Source: Candidatus Marinacidobacterium sp. (GTDB lineage Bacteria > Acidobacteriota > Vicinamibacteria > Marinacidobacterales > Marinacidobacteraceae). From it: a DNA stretch of 64,000 nucleotides. Location of the stretch: assembly GCA_965220965.1 (NCBI GenBank), contig OZ244852.1, positions 2,528,001-2,592,000 on the forward strand. Direction: 5' to 3'. Numbering within the stretch: the stretch's first letter is position 1; every line of letters starts with the position of its first letter. Shown here in pieces: positions 60,092 through 64,000 of this stretch. The notes beneath the pieces were generated by a model. That model saw only the letters and a program-made list of their open reading frames with translations, was not told the origin of the DNA and did not search any database. The position numbers and the translations under genes are program-made.

Positions 60092-61456
60092 TCAGAGCTC
60101 GCTCACCGCCTCGGCGATGTTGTCGAGCGCGAGCTGGATCAGCCGCCGCGAGGTCCCGAGGTTCATCCGGAGATGGTTCTCGCCGCCCGGGCCGTAGCTG
60201 GACCCGGCGTTCGTGTAGACGCCGGCGTTCTCGACGAGCCAGCGGACGACGATGGTCTCGGGACTCACCGTCGCCCCCTCGGCCTCGGTCGCCGCGGCCG
60301 CCTTCTCGACGGCGCCGATCGCGTCGGCGATCTGGCCGACTTCCAGCCAGGCGAGGTAGGTGCCCTGCGCCTTGGTGTAGCGGATCTGCGGGATCCTCTC
60401 GCGGAGATACTGCTCCACGAAGTCGTGGTTCCCGTCGAGGTAGACGAGCAGCTCGTCCAGCCAGTCCTGCCCGCCGCGCAGCGCGGCGTGGCTGGCGACG
60501 ACCCCCAGCGTGTTCGTCTGGGCGTCGTGGTGGAGCTGGATCTTCTCGAAGAGTTCGGGATTCGTGGTGTGGAACCACGCCACCTTCATCGCCGCCAGGC
60601 TGAAGGTCTTGCTGACCGACTGGAAGGTGACGCTGTTGTCGACGACCGCCTTGTCAGGCAGCGTGGCGAACGCCGTGTACTTGTTCCCCCGCGTCACGAA
60701 ATCGCAGTGGATCTCGTCCGCGAGAACCAGAACCCGGCGCTCGAGACAGATCTGCCCGAGCCGCATGAGGTCCTCCTGCGACCAGCAGTTCCCCGTGGGG
60801 TTTTGGGGATTGCACAGGATGAGCACGTCGGTGTCGCGCGAAATCCGGGACTCCAGATCATCGAAGTCGAACCGGTGGACGCCGTTCTCGACGATGAACG
60901 GGCTCTCTTCGGCGACCGTCTGCGACCGCCGCAGGTCGAAGTAGAAGCCGTTGTAGGTCGAAGTCGTCAGCAGCACCTTGCTGCCGGGCCGCGCCACCGC
61001 CTTGAGCGTGGCGATGAGCGCCGGGTGGACGCCGTCGGAGAGCGCCATGAGGTCGGGGTTGATCTCGAGGCCGTGCCGCTCCCGGTTCCAGTCCACGATC
61101 GCCGGGAAGAAGTCCTCCGGCATGTGGAGGTAGCCCCAGTTCTCGTGCCGGACCCGCTCCATGAGGGCCTCGGTGACGACCGGGGCGCATTTGAAGTCCA
61201 TGTCGGCGACGCCCATCGCCACCTGGATGTTCTCGGCGCCGTACTGCTCGATGATGCGGTCCCACTTGTTGGAGTCGGTCCCGATCCGCTCGTAGGGCTC
61301 GTCGAAGTCGAAGCCGCCCGAGCCGCCCTGCCACGGGGCCGCCAGCGCCGCCGCGGGATTCCAGAGCGAGCCAGCCGAGGTCGCCGCGCCGGCGGCGGCC
61401 GCCGCGCCCGCGCTCTTCAGGAAGGTTCTCCGGTTCAGCATGGTTCGTCCGGGCAT
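60092..61456 (-). CDS. MalY/PatB-like PLP C-S lyase/aminotransferase with Tat signal
   Basis: 'NRRTFLK', 'VADMDF', 'LCNPQNPTG', 'ADEIH', 'SVSKTF', 'TYLAW', 'RMNLG'. Confidence 0.88.
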   Translation of the reverse strand: MPGRTMLNRRTFLKSAGAAAAAGAATSAGSLWNPAAALAAPWQGGSGGFDFDEPYERIGTDSNKWDRIIEQYGAENIQVAMGVADMDFKCAPVVTEALMERVRHENWGYLHMPEDFFPAIVDWNRERHGLEINPDLMALSDGVHPALIATLKAVARPGSKVLLTTSTYNGFYFDLRRSQTVAEESPFIVENGVHRFDFDDLESRISRDTDVLILCNPQNPTGNCWSQEDLMRLGQICLERRVLVLADEIHCDFVTRGNKYTAFATLPDKAVVDNSVTFQSVSKTFSLAAMKVAWFHTTNPELFEKIQLHHDAQTNTLGVVASHAALRGGQDWLDELLVYLDGNHDFVEQYLRERIPQIRYTKAQGTYLAWLEVGQIADAIGAVEKAAAATEAEGATVSPETIVVRWLVENAGVYTNAGSSYGPGGENHLRMNLGTSRRLIQLALDNIAEAVSEL

Positions 61457-61601
61457 GGCGTCGACTCCTCGTTCGCTATCGTCCCCGCCGTCAGTGCGGT
61501 CGGCTGCGCGGATCCGGGGACCGCGCGGCGACCATCGGCGCGGGCAGATCGGCCACTATATGCGGGTTGCTGACATTGGCGAAACGGCGAAGGCTCGCTC
61601 C

Positions 61602-64000
61602 GTGAACTCGCGCTCCCCCTGCGCCCGCCGGAGGTCCGGCGCGCTTCCGACCACGCTGCTCCTCGTGCTGGTGGCGGGCGCCCCGGCCGCTGCGCAACCC
61701 CCCTCCCCCGAAGAGGTGCTTGGCTACCCGATGGGCGCGGCGCTCACCGACTACGGCGGCCTCTACCGGTACCTCGCGGCGGTGGAGGACTCCGAACGGC
61801 TCCGGGTCTCCGTCTTCGGCGAGACCTTCGAACATCGGGAGCTGCTTCTCCTCACGATCAGCTCGCCGGAGAACCTGGAGCGGCTCGACCGGATCCAGGC
61901 CGACACCCGCCGCCTCGCCGATCCGCGCGGGCTCGATGCGGAAGAGGCGGAGGAGATCCTCGCCCGCACGCCCGCCGGGGTGTTCCTGAACTACGGGAAC
62001 GACGGCAACGAGTCGGCCGCCTTCGAGGCGGCGCTCTGGATGGCGTGGGAACTCCTCACCGGACGCCACGACGCGCTCCTGGAGGATCTCGTCGTCTACA
62101 TCGTTCCCGCCTCGAACCCCGACAGTCACGAGCGCTTCGTCGCCTGGTTCAACTCGGTGGCGGCGTGGCCCGACGGGGACCCCGACCCGAACGCGGTCGA
62201 GCACCGCGCGCCGTGGGGCCTCTCCACGAACAACAACCACTACCAGATCAACCTGAACCGGGACTCGATCTGGAGCACCCAGCCGGAGAACCGGGCCCTT
62301 CTCCGGCTCTATCTCGAGACCCGCCCCATGGTGTTCGTGGACCACCACGGGGAGACCGACTCCTACATCGGGCCCTGGATGGTCGAACCGCTCCACAGCG
62401 TCCTCACCGGGAACCAGCGCGACTGGCTCGTCGAATACGGCCGCCGCATGGCGGCCGACTTCGCGGGGGCCGGCTACCCCTACAGCCCATGGGAGTTCGG
62501 TCAGTTCGACCCCGGCTACTGGGACACGCTGCCCAACTTCACCGGGTCGATCGGGTTCACCCTCGAGACGACCGGCGGCGGCTGGCGCGGACTCCGCATC
62601 GAACGGCCAGGCGGCGGCGAATACACCCTGCGGGACGGGATCGAGCAGCACCTCGTCGCCGACCGGAGCCTCCTCGCGTTCACCGCCGGGAACCGGGAGC
62701 GGAGGCTCCGGGACTACCTCGCCTACCGGCGGGACGCGCGCGACGGGGATGGCGGGCCGGCGGGCTGGTTCCTTTCCGGCGACGGGGATCCGGCGCGTCT
62801 CGACGAGGTGCGCGCCATGCTGCTCCGCGCCGGCGTCGAGGTGCGGCGGACGACGCGGGAGACCGTCGTCCCCGGGGCCGCTCCGATGTTCCCCCTCACC
62901 GGAGCGGCCGGCGAAGTCCGGCTGCCCCCGGGAAGCCTGATCGTCGCCCGCGACCAACCCGAGGGCCGGCTGGCGCAGGTGTTCGTCGAGCAGGACGCCC
63001 GCTTCAGCGAGGAGTTCCTGGGCCAGGTGGACGAGCACCGCGAGCGGCGCGGCGACCCCGGCTTCCAGCACCCGGACATCTGGACGACCGCCGACGCGTT
63101 CTACGACATCACCGCCTGGTCCGTCCCGCTGACCTACCGCCTCCCGGCGGGGGTCGTTGCGGACGCCGCCAACCTGCCTCTGGACGAGGCGACCGAACTC
63201 CTGGCCTTCCCGGACGACCCGCTGGCCGATCCCCGGCCGACTCCGGGCCGCTTCGACCGGCCGGACGCCGCCTACGGCTTCCTGGTTGCGGGAGACACGG
63301 ATCACGTCTCGATGGCGGCCGTCTGGCTCCGGAACCACGCGGTTCCCTTCCGGGTGGCGACCGCGGAGTTCGAAAGGGACGGCGTCAACTACGGCCGGGG
63401 ATCGCTTCTCGTGTTCCTCGGCGAGGCGCCGGATCCCGCTCTCCTCCGTTCGGGTCTTCGCGAACTCGCCGGGGCCGGGGCCCGGATCGCCGGGGTGAGC
63501 GATCCGCTGAGCGAGGCTGGCCCGCATCTCGGCTCCGACCGGTTTCTCCCGGTGCGCACTGGCCGGGTGGCGATGGTCTACGGGGGGCCGGTCCGGCCCT
63601 CGGCCTACGGCAGTCCCTGGTATCTGTTCGAGCGGCGCTACCGCCTCCCGTTCACCGCGCTCTGGTGGGACCGCCTCGCCGACACCGACCTGCGCGGCTA
63701 TCAGGTTCTGATCCTCCCGGACGGGAGCTATCCGCCGGCGGACACGCCAGAGGGCGCCCGGGTCCTCGACCACCTCGGGGAGTGGACCGCCGAGGGTGGA
63801 ACGATCGTCGCGATGCGCGGCGCCTCGGCGTGGCTCGCGGAGGAAGGAGTGGACTGGACGCGCTCCCGCTTCCAGCCCGGCTTCACCTCGAAGTCCGCGT
63901 TCATGACGGATGGCGGGCGCCCCGACGACCCTCCGGCGCCGGGCGAGACCGGGGTCGCCCCCGCCGAAGTCGTCCCCGGCGCGATCCTTCGCGCGCTCCC
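61602..64000 (+). CDS. secreted M14-like zinc carboxypeptidase (3' truncated by window)
   Basis: Signal peptide, 'PSPEEVLGY', 'GETFEHREL', 'DGNE', 'NPD', 'NLNRD', 'DHHGE'; alternative ATG 61560; absent from the ORF track because it has no stop in the window. Confidence 0.82.
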   Translation, partial: MNSRSPCARRRSGALPTTLLLVLVAGAPAAAQPPSPEEVLGYPMGAALTDYGGLYRYLAAVEDSERLRVSVFGETFEHRELLLLTISSPENLERLDRIQADTRRLADPRGLDAEEAEEILARTPAGVFLNYGNDGNESAAFEAALWMAWELLTGRHDALLEDLVVYIVPASNPDSHERFVAWFNSVAAWPDGDPDPNAVEHRAPWGLSTNNNHYQINLNRDSIWSTQPENRALLRLYLETRPMVFVDHHGETDSYIGPWMVEPLHSVLTGNQRDWLVEYGRRMAADFAGAGYPYSPWEFGQFDPGYWDTLPNFTGSIGFTLETTGGGWRGLRIERPGGGEYTLRDGIEQHLVADRSLLAFTAGNRERRLRDYLAYRRDARDGDGGPAGWFLSGDGDPARLDEVRAMLLRAGVEVRRTTRETVVPGAAPMFPLTGAAGEVRLPPGSLIVARDQPEGRLAQVFVEQDARFSEEFLGQVDEHRERRGDPGFQHPDIWTTADAFYDITAWSVPLTYRLPAGVVADAANLPLDEATELLAFPDDPLADPRPTPGRFDRPDAAYGFLVAGDTDHVSMAAVWLRNHAVPFRVATAEFERDGVNYGRGSLLVFLGEAPDPALLRSGLRELAGAGARIAGVSDPLSEAGPHLGSDRFLPVRTGRVAMVYGGPVRPSAYGSPWYLFERRYRLPFTALWWDRLADTDLRGYQVLILPDGSYPPADTPEGARVLDHLGEWTAEGGTIVAMRGASAWLAEEGVDWTRSRFQPGFTSKSAFMTDGGRPDDPPAPGETGVAPAEVVPGAILRAL

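Overview
High-GC (~70%) bacterial chromosome window. The 16S rRNA 5' signature (TGGCTCAGAATCAACG) and the gene repertoire (Oar-type TonB-dependent receptors, VPS10/BNR hydrolase, ASPIC/UnbV-TPR pair, many Tat-exported enzymes) point to Acidobacteriota. The first ~9.3 kb is a mosaic defence island. It holds a lower-GC NLR-like STAND ATPase with an N-terminal HEPN-type R-x5-H motif, a Dcm/Vsr/EcoRII-type restriction-modification module, a second lower-GC HEPN-like orphan and a HipBA-type toxin-antitoxin pair. The rest is mostly core or metabolic: kefC-like antiporter, tadA, tRNA-Ser, SNF2 helicase with a zinc-less SWIM-like partner, argGH, purMN-tyrS, a complete rrn operon (16S-tRNAIle-tRNAAla-23S-5S), two TonB-dependent receptors, peptidases, and a cluster of Tat-exported PLP enzymes and amidohydrolases. 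Notable oddities are apparent CTG starts (two via CTGA coupling), leaderless promoters, a secreted nuclease gene whose only canonical start lies inside a tRNA, a collapsed HEPN toxin remnant, and several enzymes with altered catalytic motifs. All calls come from motif recognition by eye; no database searches were run and GC values are visual estimates.
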